The notes beneath the pieces were generated by a model. That model was not told where the DNA came from. It ran no database searches and saw only the letters and a program-made list of their open reading frames with translations. Shown in pieces: positions 11,796 to 25,017 of a stretch of DNA of 64,000 nucleotides; position 1 is the first letter of the stretch; the number at the start of each line of letters is the position of its first letter. A program made the position numbers and the translations under genes. Source of the stretch: Trichosphaerium sp. ATCC 40318 (taxonomy: Eukaryota > Protista > Tubulinea); contig JALMLS010000397.1 in the NCBI GenBank assembly GCA_038496445.1, positions 124,001 through 188,000 on the forward strand, in the 5' to 3' direction.

Positions 11796-13734
11796 TCATG
11801 ACTTTTTTGTCTTCTTTTTTTTACCTTTTGGAGTAAAGCTTGATTTAACTTTGTTGGCTACAGCTTCCTTTAAAATAACATCCCAAGTACGTCTTTGGTG
11901 AACCTCTTCTGCGCTTTCCCTCATTTTCTTCTTTGCATCCCAATAAAATATGCTCTGTATGTGTGACTTGACTTTTTGCTGTGGATGAGTAAACTTAACA
12001 TCGCCTCTCTTAACTGGTTTTTCATCCTTTTTGAACTCCTCCATAAGCTTCTTTTGGTTCTCTGTTAGTTCCTTTGGTACTACAATATGGAAAGTAACGA
12101 TTTGATGTCCTCTTTGAGTATTGGCCGCATTAGGAACACCTTTCTTTCTAATAATGTATTGCTCTCCTGATTGAAGTCCAGGTGGCAAAGTAATTGAAAT
12201 TGGCTCTTCGAGTGTAGGCACAGTTACTTGATCACCGAGAATAGCTTGTGACATTGTAACAGGAACATTGATGTGTAGATTCTCATTCTCACGCCAGAAT
12301 ACATCATGCTTTTTGATGCGTACTTGAAGGAGCAGGTGGCCTAAAATACATTAGAAAAAAAAAAGAAACTTGTAAAAAATACACAGCGAAAGTGGAGCTT
12401 GTCATTTGTTATGTTGTACCTGGTTCTCCACCCACACTCCCTACATTTCCTTCGCCCTTTAAACGTAAAACTTGACCATGTCTGACACCTATTAGGCGTA
12501 AATACATTTTCTCCTTACAATTTAACTAACCAGGTGGTGATACAATTTTCACAGTTCTATTAGTGTATTTTGATGTGTGCCCAGCACCACCACACTCTAA
12601 ACAAGGGTCCGCAATTATAATACCATCGCCAGAGCAGTTTGTACATAAAATACTTTTGCCGTCCTACAAAAGAGTCAAACTTTTAATCAAAAAAAAAAAA
12701 AAACCAAACTGTCATACCTGCTCTACATGCCCTGTTCCATCACACACTGTACAATCTTCAACTGGGGTATTAGGTTTTGCTCCAGTTCCAAGACAACTTG
12801 GACAATTTCTCTAACAGTCTTATGAGCATGTACAAAGAACAATAAAGATTTTCACTAAAAGAAAACGTACAATGGAATCATAATTGACTGAAGTTTCACA
12901 ACCAAGAACAGCGTCTTCAAAGGAAAGCTCTAGTTGTTGAACTATATTCTTACCACGCTTTCTTACTCCTTTAACAGCATCACCACGTCTCTTATCTTTC
13001 TTTTGGAAGAGTAAACTCATATTGTAACCAAACTGCTCTTTAAATAATTTTTCCATGTCAGAGTCTGACATATCGCCGTCATCGGATTTAACACCACTCC
13101 AACCGTACAAATCATAAAGCCTACGGCTCTCTTCGTCTGCGAGAACCTGAATAAAATCAGCAAAAAAAAATATGAGAAATAGACGCTTGTGAGGGTAAGT
13201 TTCGCTCTTGTTTTTGCGTTGGGTGTTGTTCGTGGTCATTATTGGCGAGAAATAAAAATAAAGAAAGGCAAAAAATTTGTGCAAACCTTGTACGCCGCTG
13301 CGATCTCTTCAAACTTCTCTTTAGCGTCAGGTGATTTGTTTGTATCAGGATGCCACACTTTTGCGAGTTCGTAGTACGCTTTTTGTTAACAGTTAACATT
13401 AAAGGCCTCTACCCGGTTTAATACGCACCCCTTTTAACATGTTTGGTATCAGCACTTTTGTTTAGACCGAGTATTTCGTATACATCGCGTTTCTTTGCTT
13501 TTAATTGTTAAATAATACCTCAGAGGTTTACATACTCATTTTCTTAGCGTAGAATCGCACTGGGGAGAACTACATGACATTTAGCTACATTCTCACATTT
13601 TTTATGCGTACAGTAGGGCTAGCAACGTGTTTCCTTAATACATTGCGTTTGGAGCCAACAGAGGTACGTTGTCCTAAATTTGAGCGCTGAACTGCGCGGC
13701 GAGTCGCATAGCGTGCCCCTGTTGCCAACAGCAT
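11796..13734 (-). CDS. dnaJ: Type I DnaJ/Hsp40 chaperone, probably mitochondrial (multi-exon)
   Basis: Arg-rich presequence; J domain with WHPD; four CxxCxGxG motifs; DnaJ C-terminal domain ([15 protein letters not shown]). Confidence 0.9.
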
Positions 13735-13821
13735 GTTATTGAGTTCAGCACTTGGCTCTTCCTTAATGTGACTTGTCACCTAAAAGCCAGAATACTTTTT
13801 AAGTGTCGGTGGCATTCAGCA

Positions 13822-15186
13822 ATGGCTAGTAGTATTTTAGGCAACGCGTCTTCAATTTTGTTGTACATTAGAATTAGCTTTATCTGTTGGTTCAGATACG
13901 CATGGCTAATGCTATGTTGCGCCATCGCCTGGCTCTCTTCACGCAGACTAAAGCCAACAAGTGGTACATACCACAAAATCGTAATGATAGGTAAGAAATT
14001 ACGCTCCTGCCATCGTGACATTACATAGGCGACGGTTTCGCGTTTGGTTACGGAGATTATGTTACAATGGGTCAAACACCAATAGGTAACGCCGGAAAAT
14101 ACTTTTGTGCTTATACTAAGCTATTTACAGGCCTATCAAGACGTATACTCATCGAAATGTCAAAAAATAAGTGGGTTGGTAGCCAAGCATGGCGTGTAGT
14201 TAATAAAGGCGTTTACCACACAACGTCAAACGATTGGCAGGTTCGTGAACGACCCAAAAAGCTATCTTTGAAAACCCGAATTGTTCAGTTATACTGCCCA
14301 AAACACCTCATATTTTCGTGTATGCCACATACAACTAACGGCTCATATAGCCAAAAAAAGAACTTTTCGAAAAGACGTTCGCTTCACCAATGATCAAAGA
14401 TTGCGAAGTTGTCATCCTCATGGTAGGCTCAATGGATCGTAGGTGCGATGACTTTAATTGATTGATCGCTTTAAAACGCAGAAACAACCTTTTTACAAGC
14501 GTTTTTAAGTGAATCATTTCTTACGGTGTTCAAAGGTATGGAAAGAAGCCATACTCTATTGCGTCTACTGTAGCAAATATTAAATTCTTGGCTGGAGCAC
14601 TAAGACGACAAAATAAGATTGTTATAGTAGCTACACTACCTGTAAAAGGGAGAAGTTTGAAAGAAAAGGATTTACTTCTTAAAACAAATGTTGTACTTGA
14701 AGAGTGGTTAGAGAAAGTAAGTTCTAAACCTCTTGATGGTAAAGGAAGGATAATTAAAGGACCTCAACTTCATTCAAGAAAGTATATGAGTCCTATCCTA
14801 TACTCAGAAGATAAAGTCCATTTTAACTCAACAGTACGTCATTTCTTTAAACTCTACTTGTAGTATCTAATAACATTGTTTTAGGGGTACGTACATACTC
14901 ATGTATCAGTACAATTTGTCAACAACTGAGATAGTTCAAGTGGCTTTGTAGTCCGTGAAGCTTTTTTCATGTGAAGCTTGCTCAAGTTGTTTTTTTTTTT
15001 TCAAAGGATGATCATACAAATAAGTTGTCTGCCTTTTGGTTTATTTTCTTTAGGTATAAAATGGTTGCTGCTGATTTTGGTGTTATACTTAAAAATGTAA
15101 TGCGTCAAATAGAATGGAAAGAATGGAAGCCAAGACTTGCTGAAAAGTATAGTGATGATTCTGGAGTTCCAGCAGTTCAAAAATGA
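13822..15186 (+). CDS. SGNH/GDSL-hydrolase-fold protein with atypical catalytic motifs (multi-exon)
   Basis: Spliced KIVMIG|DGFAFGYG (block I), EVVILMVGSMD (block III), EDKVHFNST..Y (block V DxxH). Confidence 0.6.
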
Positions 15187-15429
15187 TTATCAATTTTGAC
15201 ATAATCTGCTTTTGTTTTTTAGCAACCGCCTTCGAATAGGTTAAAAGTGTAGACTGATTCTACAAGCTCGTTGATGTACATACTAATAAATAGAATTCAA
15301 GAGCAATGAAATTCGGCCTGATTTCTTAAAACAAGGTGAATAGTGAGAAATTAATCTTGAAATTGTTTATATTTTTGTAAGCGTTCGTTACTACTTATAA
15401 ATTCACATACAATCGTTTTGAGGTATACA

Positions 15430-15767
15430 TCAGTTACAGATGACGGTATTTCAGCATTGGCTGGGTGCATGTGATAGATTTGAGCTTTACGTCTGTGACA
15501 GACAAAGGTGTTAAAGCATTAGCAGGTGTACACACAATACTTCTTGTAGCCTGTGATATCAATGGATCATGTATGGAAAGCCTTTCAATATCCCACACCA
15601 TTGATACATCACTTACAAACACAACAGATGATTGGCTTGTTTCTCTTTCTTGTGTCAAGATTTTGAACATTAAACACTGTCTTAGTATTACACACAACAC
15701 AATTCAGGCACTTAGAAATAGAGGAGTATCAGTAACTTGTAACTCTCTGTACTTGCTGAATTTTTAA
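15430..15767 (+). pseudogene. Truncated LRR gene (3' fragment of F-box/LRR family)
   Basis: VHVIDLSFTSVTDKGVKALAGVHTI...; no upstream F-box or clear start. Confidence 0.55.
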
Positions 15768-15865
15768 CCTGCAAGAATTGCACAAGGGTATGGAGGAATT
15801 TGAGAATACAGTATGGGACTTATAATTTAGTTTGAGGTTGGAACACGTGCGTTTTTTATTTTTAG

Positions 15866-18643
15866 TTACAACAATGTAAGCATGCCAAATATTAATAACA
15901 ACATTGAAATAATACCTAAATAACTTTGTTTCACCACTGCATGACTAGTTGGTGCCGTTCTTCGGCATGAAGATCTTGTTGTAAAAATACATGTACCATC
16001 CAAAGGATTACAAGTATCGTCAGTACAAGCATCATTGTCATTACAAATTACTGTTTGATTGAAAACACATTCTCCAAGTTCACATACTAAGCTTGTACAC
16101 ATATCGTTTTCATAAGTAGGACAGTCATTCACTGTATCACAACCAAAGTCTATAATGTTCAATAAGTACACAAAGGTTACAATGTTACATGGAAGTTCAA
16201 GTCAAACCTGAAAATGAAACGCTGATTGGACCATCCTAAAAAAAAGTTTTAATAAGCAAGCTGCGAAAAGGGTTATTTCGCCTTTGGAGAAAGACGTACT
16301 AGATTTCCTCCTACGAAAATATGATAGTCAGTGTTAGCATTAACCGGAAACTCAAGTTGAGACGCATCACCACAAGCTAATAAAAGTTAAGGAGAAAAGT
16401 ATTACATCACTGCTGATCTTGTTTTTGGCTTACATTCAGTAGATCCAGTTTCTTCTGCAACACAACGTGCATTCAAGCGACAAGGTCCTTCGATAACGTA
16501 TATTTCTGTATTTACTTCTGTTCCATTCAAACACGTATCAACTGCAATAGGTGACGCTATAGCACCAACACTCCGAGTGAACCATGTTCCCTTTTGTTTT
16601 GGTTACTTCTGTTGAAAAAAATTTGGTACGTTCCTACCTTTTTTGCTCTGAGCCAACAAGCGCTTGTATGCTCAGTAGTAAGAGTTCTTGAGTCAAAGTC
16701 AATTGGTAGTCCATCCGCAACTATTGGCCTAGGTGATAGGCAACCACTCTCTGGAGAAATTTTACCAGCTATTACGAAACTACGGTCAGAAAGACAATGT
16801 GATAAAGTACATGAAATCAACGCACTTGGTGGGCATGAAAGACCGCAAAAAATATCTGCTGTTTCAACGCAGAACTTATCCCATTCAACTTCACAACAAT
16901 GTGGATCAAGTGTACACGTGCAAGTAGTAATAACAGAATCCGAACAGAAAGGTGTATCTGCTATAGAGCAACAGTTCTGGTTTTGATTTCTTTGACATGA
17001 GTTTGCCAAGCTTATACATCCAGTTGTGTTAGAGCAACTATCTACTGTACATGAAATACCCTAATACTGGATGTTTGACAAAGGCTATTAATAGTATATG
17101 TGGGCGCACGTCATCACAAGTTTCAGCAGCGATGATGCAATCACCAGTAGCAGGATCACAAGTTTGAGTCAAGCAAGGTGTATCTACAGTACCATTGCAC
17201 TTTGGGTCCACAACACATTTACCATCAACAAGAGTGTAAATACTACATTTGTCTGAGCCTGTACATTCAGATGCGTTTGATACAGTATCGAAAACAGCAC
17301 CACTTGGGTACGTCTCAGTCGCCCAACACCGCATTCTACAAAGACATGTCAATGACGCCGATCGAACAAGAAAAAAATAAAGTACCTTGCTATTTGTTGT
17401 GGTGTAAACTCAGTTACACATGCATCTGGAGCGTATGACATTATGTTTTCGAATGGAGTATCACCCCAAGAGTTTCCTCTACAATCTCTTCCAGATGGAT
17501 TACTACACTTAAAGTTGACAGGTGTCGGGTTTGTATCAGAACATAAATCGCCTTGTAAACGAAGTAAGTATTGAAAACATTCTTCTAGTGGAAGCTTGCC
17601 TGCAAAGTCGCTTGGTTCTCCAGCATATTCATAGCATCCGAGGCATTTAGGGGACTCTGATGGTCCTGCATGCACATGTCTCAATCCTATCATGTTGTTA
17701 TTTAATGATGTTCAGTAGCTGCTGTACCGAGTTGATGGCCAAGTTCATGACTGAGGGTTGTTTCGCCTTCTCCAACTGCATCTGCGTTTAGGACAATACT
17801 TCCGGATCCCATTTTAGCATTGGCATCCCATGGAAAGGTAGCTTCACCAAGAAGGTACGTATCAGCAGGTTTGAATACAATCACGTTGATTTGATTTTGT
17901 GGGTCCACCTTACAACAAAGTTAGAGAATTTTATGGGATTACTCTATTCAAGAAGCAAGTGAGGCGCTATACTTCTTTAGAACCACGAAGTAATAACGGT
18001 AAAAAAACATTGTAGACTTCATTGAAAAGGCACGCACCGCATTTTCTTCTTGCATTGCGTCAAAATCATAATCATTTATACGTCCGCTCCACCTTGAAGA
18101 TACAACAAAATCAACAGAGCCTGTAAAATTAAACTTGGCTTGGGCATAGTCTTTGTTAAGCTGAACGATCTAAAAAAACGCACGTGATTAAAAAACAAAA
18201 GCAAAAAAACTTTCAAAGCTGCTACCTGGTCATCAATCGCTTGGCGAGAAACTTGTGGTTGAGCTGAAGAGCTTTCTTTGAATACAATAAAATGAACGTT
18301 GAGGGTTATGTAATCGCTATTTTCATTGAGGAGCCATAAGTCTCTAATGATTTCTTGAGTTTTTAAAGATTTTTGTGCTGCACACTATCTTTTTTGGCTT
18401 ACCTCTCCTCAACAAGGTCGCATTTACCCTTGGTACAAACACCCACGTTCTCTAAATCTCTTTTGGATCCGCGATGAGTTCCACACCAACCTTCTGGTTT
18501 ACGCCTCAGGTTTTTAGGCCCAGAGGTACGCTTGGCGCAATATGCAAAGCATAGTAAGGCTACATAACAAGCACATTAGGTAAAATTATCATCAACACCT
18601 TAGTCTTACCTAGAAAGATAGCAGCTAGTAATTTCTTGCGCAT
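15866..18643 (-). CDS. Secreted or membrane-anchored M43 (pappalysin/ulilysin-like) zinc metalloprotease with Cys-rich and Dicty CTDC repeats (multi-exon)
   Basis: Spliced signal peptide [19 protein letters not shown]; LLGEATFPW; HELGHQLG|LRH (HExxHxxGxxH); CSDTNP; ENIMSY Met-turn; [19 protein letters not shown] repeats; C-terminal hydrophobic anchor. Confidence 0.85.
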
Positions 18644-19141
18644 ATTGTTCAATAGTGTTCGATAGTTGCTTTGAATGGTTTATTATGGACGGAAAATGTA
18701 ACACATGCGGGTGCACTCATCTATATTTCTTTGAAAACCCACAACAGTAGCTATATCTTGCGCAAGCGCATTTAAAAAATAAACTTGGAGCAACCACGTG
18801 GTTTTTATGGAAAAGTTAAAGGCAAGTCTTGCTATTTCGATGAAAACGGTCCACATTGCAAGACTCGCGCTAGTTAATTTCAATGAAGAACACCAAGTCA
18901 TTGACACTGCTAAGGAAGCTACAAACCAAAGCATTTTCATCAATTCACCAAACTATCTCAGTTGAGGGAGTTTGATAGAAGCTTCTGTTTTAAAGTATCG
19001 TCAACAAGCTCCTCCAATAATCCTGTAGAAACTACAACTACATGGCTGGAAAGACTCTATGGGCGTAATTAACGCCCCAGTAGACACGACACTATGCCTT
19101 ACAACTCGCCAAGAGCATGTAAAAAAGCAACAAAAGTCTTT

Positions 19142-20490
19142 TTAGTTTTGAACAGCCGGCTGTTCTACATTCAATACATTTTCTTTGAGTTCAGTTCCAT
19201 ATGATGTAGTTTGCTTTACAGGAACCATTGTAAAAACGATTGCAAGGATAAATCCTGCTTGAAGTAACCTCTGAACAACCTGGAAAATTACATCAATAAT
19301 CACATGCTCCTCAGTCTCTTCCGTATAAACTACCAACAGCATTGTATTCATCACTAGAACAAGTATAATAGCCACCGCGTATATAACACCAGACGAAATA
19401 AGGACCAAGAATATCTAAGTTTATAACACAAGATAAGAAATAGATAGATACAGACGACTCTGAAGTGAGAGAAATAAGTTACCTTGTACCGAAATGATTT
19501 GAATGTTTCTTTGCTCACTTTAAGAATTGTTCTTGTTCTAAACCCCATGTACAATAAGCCCGTTCCAGATATAATACCGAATACAATAATGTACGCAGCG
19601 TACACAGGACCGGAAACTTCACGAGCTCTAAGGTTTGTACTGACAACAATAGCATAATAGGCAAACTCTATAATCACAAGTACTACAACATATAGTTTAG
19701 CGAGGATAGAACTCTAAGTGTCGTCATTAAATTCCGTACTAGTAATTAATATCCACGAAGTGTGACTCACAAAAATCCTCATAAAAGGTCCTGGTCGTGG
19801 TTCAATCAATGCCCTTAACAGTTGTTACAAACAACATTTTTTGCACGTTGCATTAAACGCAGTACCATAGTCTAAGTAGAAGAATTACAATTGTAACCAA
19901 GCAAGCATATGTGATAGCGTCAACAAACATTACAAAGTGCCATGACAATTGTCTTGTGAATAGAGGATCAAACACGCAAAAAATAAATCCAGCTAAAGAA
20001 AGATTGTTAACTAACTTCACTTGAAAAAAAAACCAGAAATCCACTTTGTTTACCTGTACTACCGATAACGGATACAAGCCAAAGAAGTTTAACAGTGATG
20101 TTTTTATACTCATAAGGCGGTTTGTATATCTTGTAACGGATGATACAGTATCTAAACACAATTAACAATTAGGAGTCATTTACTTGCTTGTATTCGCGGC
20201 GTTACATTGTATAGAGCCAAAGAAGACCGAAACACAGCCCAAAGAAGATATTGAAAGCCAATACTGCAGAAACTACAAAAAAATCCTTAAAACTTGTTCA
20301 AAAATCACGTGATTACCACCAGCTTTTAATTCGCACCTAAAAAACCAACCTTGTATTATTTTTGGAATTTTTTTCGCATCGAAATAGCGTACCAATCTCC
20401 TGCACGCGATGCAAAGCATATACATTCTCCCTCCTGACATAAACCGCCTCCATGGCAATTATTTTCATAGCATGTCGTTTGATTCTCCAT
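19142..20490 (-). CDS. Orphan EGF-like + 7TM receptor, copy A (multi-exon)
   Basis: MENQTTCYENNCHGGGLCQEGECICFASRAGDW|C, then seven hydrophobic segments; exon-intron structure shared with paralogs. Confidence 0.75.
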
Positions 20491-20773
20491 CTGTTACAGT
20501 CCTTGTGTTAGAAGCAGTTCGTTCGTATAAAGAGTTAAGTTTCGGGTACTTATTTTCAAGAGTTGTGTTGAATGCTTATTCTCCGCTTAGGTATCTTTAT
20601 TAGTATGTCACAACTGTATGTTTTCGATTATTTAACTGTCAACTCGATTGGTGAGCTTCCACAATTAGGTAAAACACCTTTTTGAACAAATTTGAAATGC
20701 CAATTGCCACGTTGCTATGAGGCGATCTTGTACTTTTATAGCGGAATAGTATGTTTATTGTATACGATTTGAG

Positions 20774-21590
20774 TTACTTAGCAAGTACTGGCTTTGCTTT
20801 TGGTTGTTTGACTGGTGTCATTGTGATAATTATTGCAATGATAGATCCTGACTGTAATAGCTTTTGCACAGCTTGAAAAGCAACTTCAATAATCACATGC
20901 TCTTTTTTATCAGCACGATAGACACCTAAAAGCAAAGTTGGCATAACTAGAAGTAGAAGAGGAGCCACAATGTACAAAATACCAGACGATACTACAAGCA
21001 AGAAAATCTGAACAAAGTAAGACATTCGTTACAAAAAAAAAGGAGAAAAAAATGAGATACCTTAACCCCATGTACAACAAGCTTGTACCAGATACAATAA
21101 TGAATAAACTGAATACACAGAAGAGTGCAGCATATATGGAAAAGCCAACATCACGTGTTTGAAAGTTTGTACCAACAACAATAGCAAAATAACCAAACTC
21201 GCAAACAACCACAACTACAACAAGATTATTATTGAACTCTGGGCATTAAATCACATACTTGCCATTAATACCCAAGAAAGGTAGTTGATAAACATTCTCA
21301 TAAAATATCCAGGTCGAATGTTTTACGTAGAATTAAAAGCAGTACCACATTAGCTACAATGAACAGCTGTGAAATAGCCACTAAAACAATCCGAAAGTAG
21401 TACCAAAACAACTAATTACAGACACAAGCCACAGAAGTTTGATAATGATGTTTTTGTGCTCATAAGGTGGTTTGTATATCTTGTAACGCAAGATACAGTA
21501 TCTACTTAAATAATGGCCTACTTTGGACGCTTTGATGGTATTGTATCGTTTTACATCGAATAGAGCCCAAGCAGCCCAAAACATAGTTTG
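20774..21590 (-). pseudogene. EGF-7TM receptor copy B, 5'-truncated pseudogene
   Basis: Aligns to copy C but lacks the EGF exons and has internal deletions near 21063, 21318 and 21350. Confidence 0.75.
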
Positions 21591-21862
21591 CCATCTACAT
21601 CACAGCCACCGAATAAAAAAGGTTCACTAGACGAAGACGCTCTTGCAAAGTCAGTAGCTAAAGCAAACTAGTTTTCATACAGAATGTCATGCCAAGTTGC
21701 AAACAGGAGAGGCATACAAATGCCTCAAAAAGTCGGAGGTCGTTTGCAAAGACTTGACTCATTATCGCTCAGATAAGAAAATTCCTTGAGCTTGTCAAGC
21801 AGTTACTTGAAACATCTGCTGTAACTGGACGCGACCGTATTAAATCGACCGAAGTATCAAAA

Positions 21863-22120
21863 ATGTCCAAGTTTATGAATAAGGTGTTCAAGAAGAACAA
21901 AGACAGGGAAGAGTTGATTTGTGATACTCGCTCCGCTTATTCAATGGCTCTTGTAATGGATAACTGGTCCAAGTATGGTGCCTTGAATGAAGGAGACAAG
22001 CCTAACTACCATGATTTTACAAAAGACACCTATATGACGCCAATAACTACTCTTTTAAACTTAAGCCTTTTTTCTTTGAGTTTAACTGGAAAGCTATCGC
22101 CAGTTCTTTTGTCGAATTGA
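21863..22120 (+). other. Unidentified coding-like fragment adjoining the truncated end of copy B
   Basis: 85-aa ORF within about 500 bp of coding-like sequence; no recognisable domain. Confidence 0.2.
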
Positions 22121-22392
22121 TTTGTTCTATTGTATTAGGTAGAGACAATGTAGCTGCCTTAAAGAATGAGCAGTAATCTTGTGTTTACTGGCTTGCTCAT
22201 AGCAAGTTGGTTTAGCACAACATACTATGTGTACTCCTAGTTGTGTTTTGTATGCTTCAAGACCTGCTAGTTAACATGGTGAACTTTAATAGTTCCACAT
22301 TTAACCTTTTGAATAAATTTGGCCCCAATTGCCAGCTATGAGGCGGTCTTGTACTTTTAGCGGCACAGTATGTTTATTGTATACGATTTGGG

Positions 22393-23670
22393 TTACTTAG
22401 CAAGTACTGGCTTTGTCTTTGATTGTTTGATTGGTGTCATTGTGGTAATTATTGCAATGATAGATCCTGCCTGTAGTAGCTTTTGCACAGCTTGATAAAC
22501 AACTTCAACGATCACATGCTCTTTTGTATCTTCAGGATAGACACCTAAAAGCAAAATAGCCATAACCAGAGCAAGAATAAGTGCCATAATATACAAAATA
22601 GCTGCTGATACTACAAGCAAGAAAATCTGAAAAACGAAATGAGCACAAAAAAAAGGAGCAAATAATAAGTTACCTTGTATCGAAATGATTTAAATGTTTC
22701 TTTGTTCACTCTAAGAACCTTCCTTGTTCTAAACCCCATGTACAAAAAGCATGAACCAGATACAATAATGAATAAACTGAAAAATACAGCATATATGGAA
22801 AATGCAACATCACGTGCTTGAAGGTTTGTACCGACAACAAGACCATAATAACCAAGCTGGACAAAAAACAGAACTACAACAAGATTATTATTGAACTCTG
22901 GGCATTAAATCACATACTTGCCATGAATACCCAAGAAAGGTAGTTGATAAACATTCTCATAAAATATCCTGGTCGAGGTTCAATCAATGCCCTGAGTATT
23001 TGTCTTACAAACATGATTTTTGAAATACTCAGAAGCAGCAAATTGTTTTAAGAGCATTAAAAGCAGTACCACAGTCTAATTATCAGAATCACAATTGCAA
23101 ACACACAAAGATATGTCGCAACATCAAAGAAGAAACTCAATCTCCATGATAGGTGTCTTGTGTACAAAGGATCGAACACTGAAAAAAAGAATCCAGCTAC
23201 AATAAACAGCTGTGAATAGCGACCAGAAGCAATAAGACAGTAGTACCGAAACACCAAATAACAGACACAAGCCAAAGTAATTTAACAGTGATATTCTTAT
23301 GCTCATACGGTGGCTTGTATATTTTGTAACGCAAGATACAGTACCTAAACTAAAAGTATTGGAAAAAAAGATTAAACAACAGGTGAAAGCGTGGTACAGA
23401 GTATAGAGCCCAAGCAGTCCAAAGCACAGCCCAAAGACGATATTGAAAGCCAAAACAACAGGTTCTACAATAATATTGTTAACAGTGATCAAATATCACG
23501 TGATTACCGCTAGGTTTGAACTGGCACCTAAAGAACATTTTACCATTCGAAATAATCGACTTTGGTGCTTACCACTGCCCTGCGTGTGATTCAAAGCATA
23601 TACATTTACCTTTAACGCATATCCCGCCCCCATTACAATTATTATCAAAGCACGAAGTGGTATTCTCCAT
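22393..23670 (-). CDS. Orphan EGF-like + 7TM receptor, copy C
   Basis: MENTTSCFDNNCNGGGICVKGKCICFESHAGQW|CQF plus 7 TM segments; ends KPVLAK*. Confidence 0.75.
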
Positions 23671-23754
23671 TTTATAAGAAATGGAAGAATGACTTGACGG
23701 ATTGTACAAACGGCAAGACTTTTTTTTTGGAATTTTTTATTGCAATTAAATGCC

Positions 23755-23776
23755 ACTATGTAAGGCTAGTTTGTCA
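23755..23776. repeat. 22-bp direct repeat, left copy
   Basis: actatgtaaggctagtttgtca, identical at 26282-26303. Confidence 0.8.
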
Positions 23777-25017
23777 ACCTTAATTACCAACGAAAACAAG
23801 TAATTTAAACTATACAGAATAGTCCTCTTACCTTAGGTTTTATTTATCAACAAGACGCAAGGCATCTAAATATTGTGGAAATAGAAAGACCACCAAGTGA
23901 GTCAACATAAAGCGTACAACATGAGTATGGTAACTCTGACTATTCACGAAATCCATTTTTAGATTGTTGTCGAAACAAATCCAATAAATGCTCTTATTTG
24001 TTGTGTTATTGACTAATTGTTTTATAACAAATGCTTGTCGCAAAATGTCGCGATATTACGCGAAATCTCGTGAAATATCACGAATGCACTTTCGAATTTT
24101 GCCAAAAGTAGTGCTACCCATTCTTTTCCATTTCAACATAACGTTGGTACTTTTCAATTGCTGCTATTTTAGGCATGTCATGGAGTAATTTTATGGAAGA
24201 GGTTATACAGCAATTGTAGTATCACATCAACCTGTTGCATGATTGGCGATAGGACGCCTTAAAATACACTCCGAGAACTTTTAGACTAATGTTACCTCGC
24301 CTTGCAATACTGTAACTTAAACAATGTAAAGAGTATGAGTTCACCAATATTAATCAGTATTATGCACGGAATATGTTTAACAACCAGAGACGTTATGGGA
24401 AGGGATAATTCAAAAACTGCAAAATTTTCCGAATTTGCAGTACTGCAACCACCACTTTTTTTATTGCTCTAAAAGGATTGTACAGTCTCAAAAAGGGCTC
24501 AGAATTTACTAGTTGGAAACAAATTACAAAATTTAAAACGTAAATGACGCCATGTGATTTTTTCGAAAAAATATTGTTTTGCCATAACCCCCTATCTTCA
24601 ATATGAAAGAAACTGCCTAGATTGTTTTGTGAACCTAGCAACGAAAGTTCGGTTCCATTGTCTGGGAACTGTACAACCTTGTGCGGAAAATAAAAAACCC
24701 CGCTCTCCACAACATTGTAATTATTGGATGGATAGGTAAGGGCAGATCATTACCAAGCTACATAATTGAGACTTTTATACTCAACTTATTTTTATAAAAA
24801 TATCACGCTATCATGTGATAAAATATATAGATCAGTGCATCTAGATCCATAGATCTAACCTTTATAGGGACAAAGGCAATCCAAATTTTATATGAGTTGG
24901 GCCTCGTTATATAAATTTACCCTTTTGCCTGATGTGATTTAAACACACTAGCGCATGAGAAAGTTACTAGCAAATCATTATACTCAAGTTTTCAAACACT
25001 AAACAACAAGTGGAAAA

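Noticed and set aside
18683-19100. 86-aa ORF and coding-like sequence between the protease and receptor A
   Set aside because: Frames are interrupted by stops and no recognisable homology; cannot be called
24393-24739. Overlapping short ORFs and an 18-bp match (aaaaaaccccgctctcca) to about 45859
   Set aside because: No domain or splice support; the match is short and partly homopolymer
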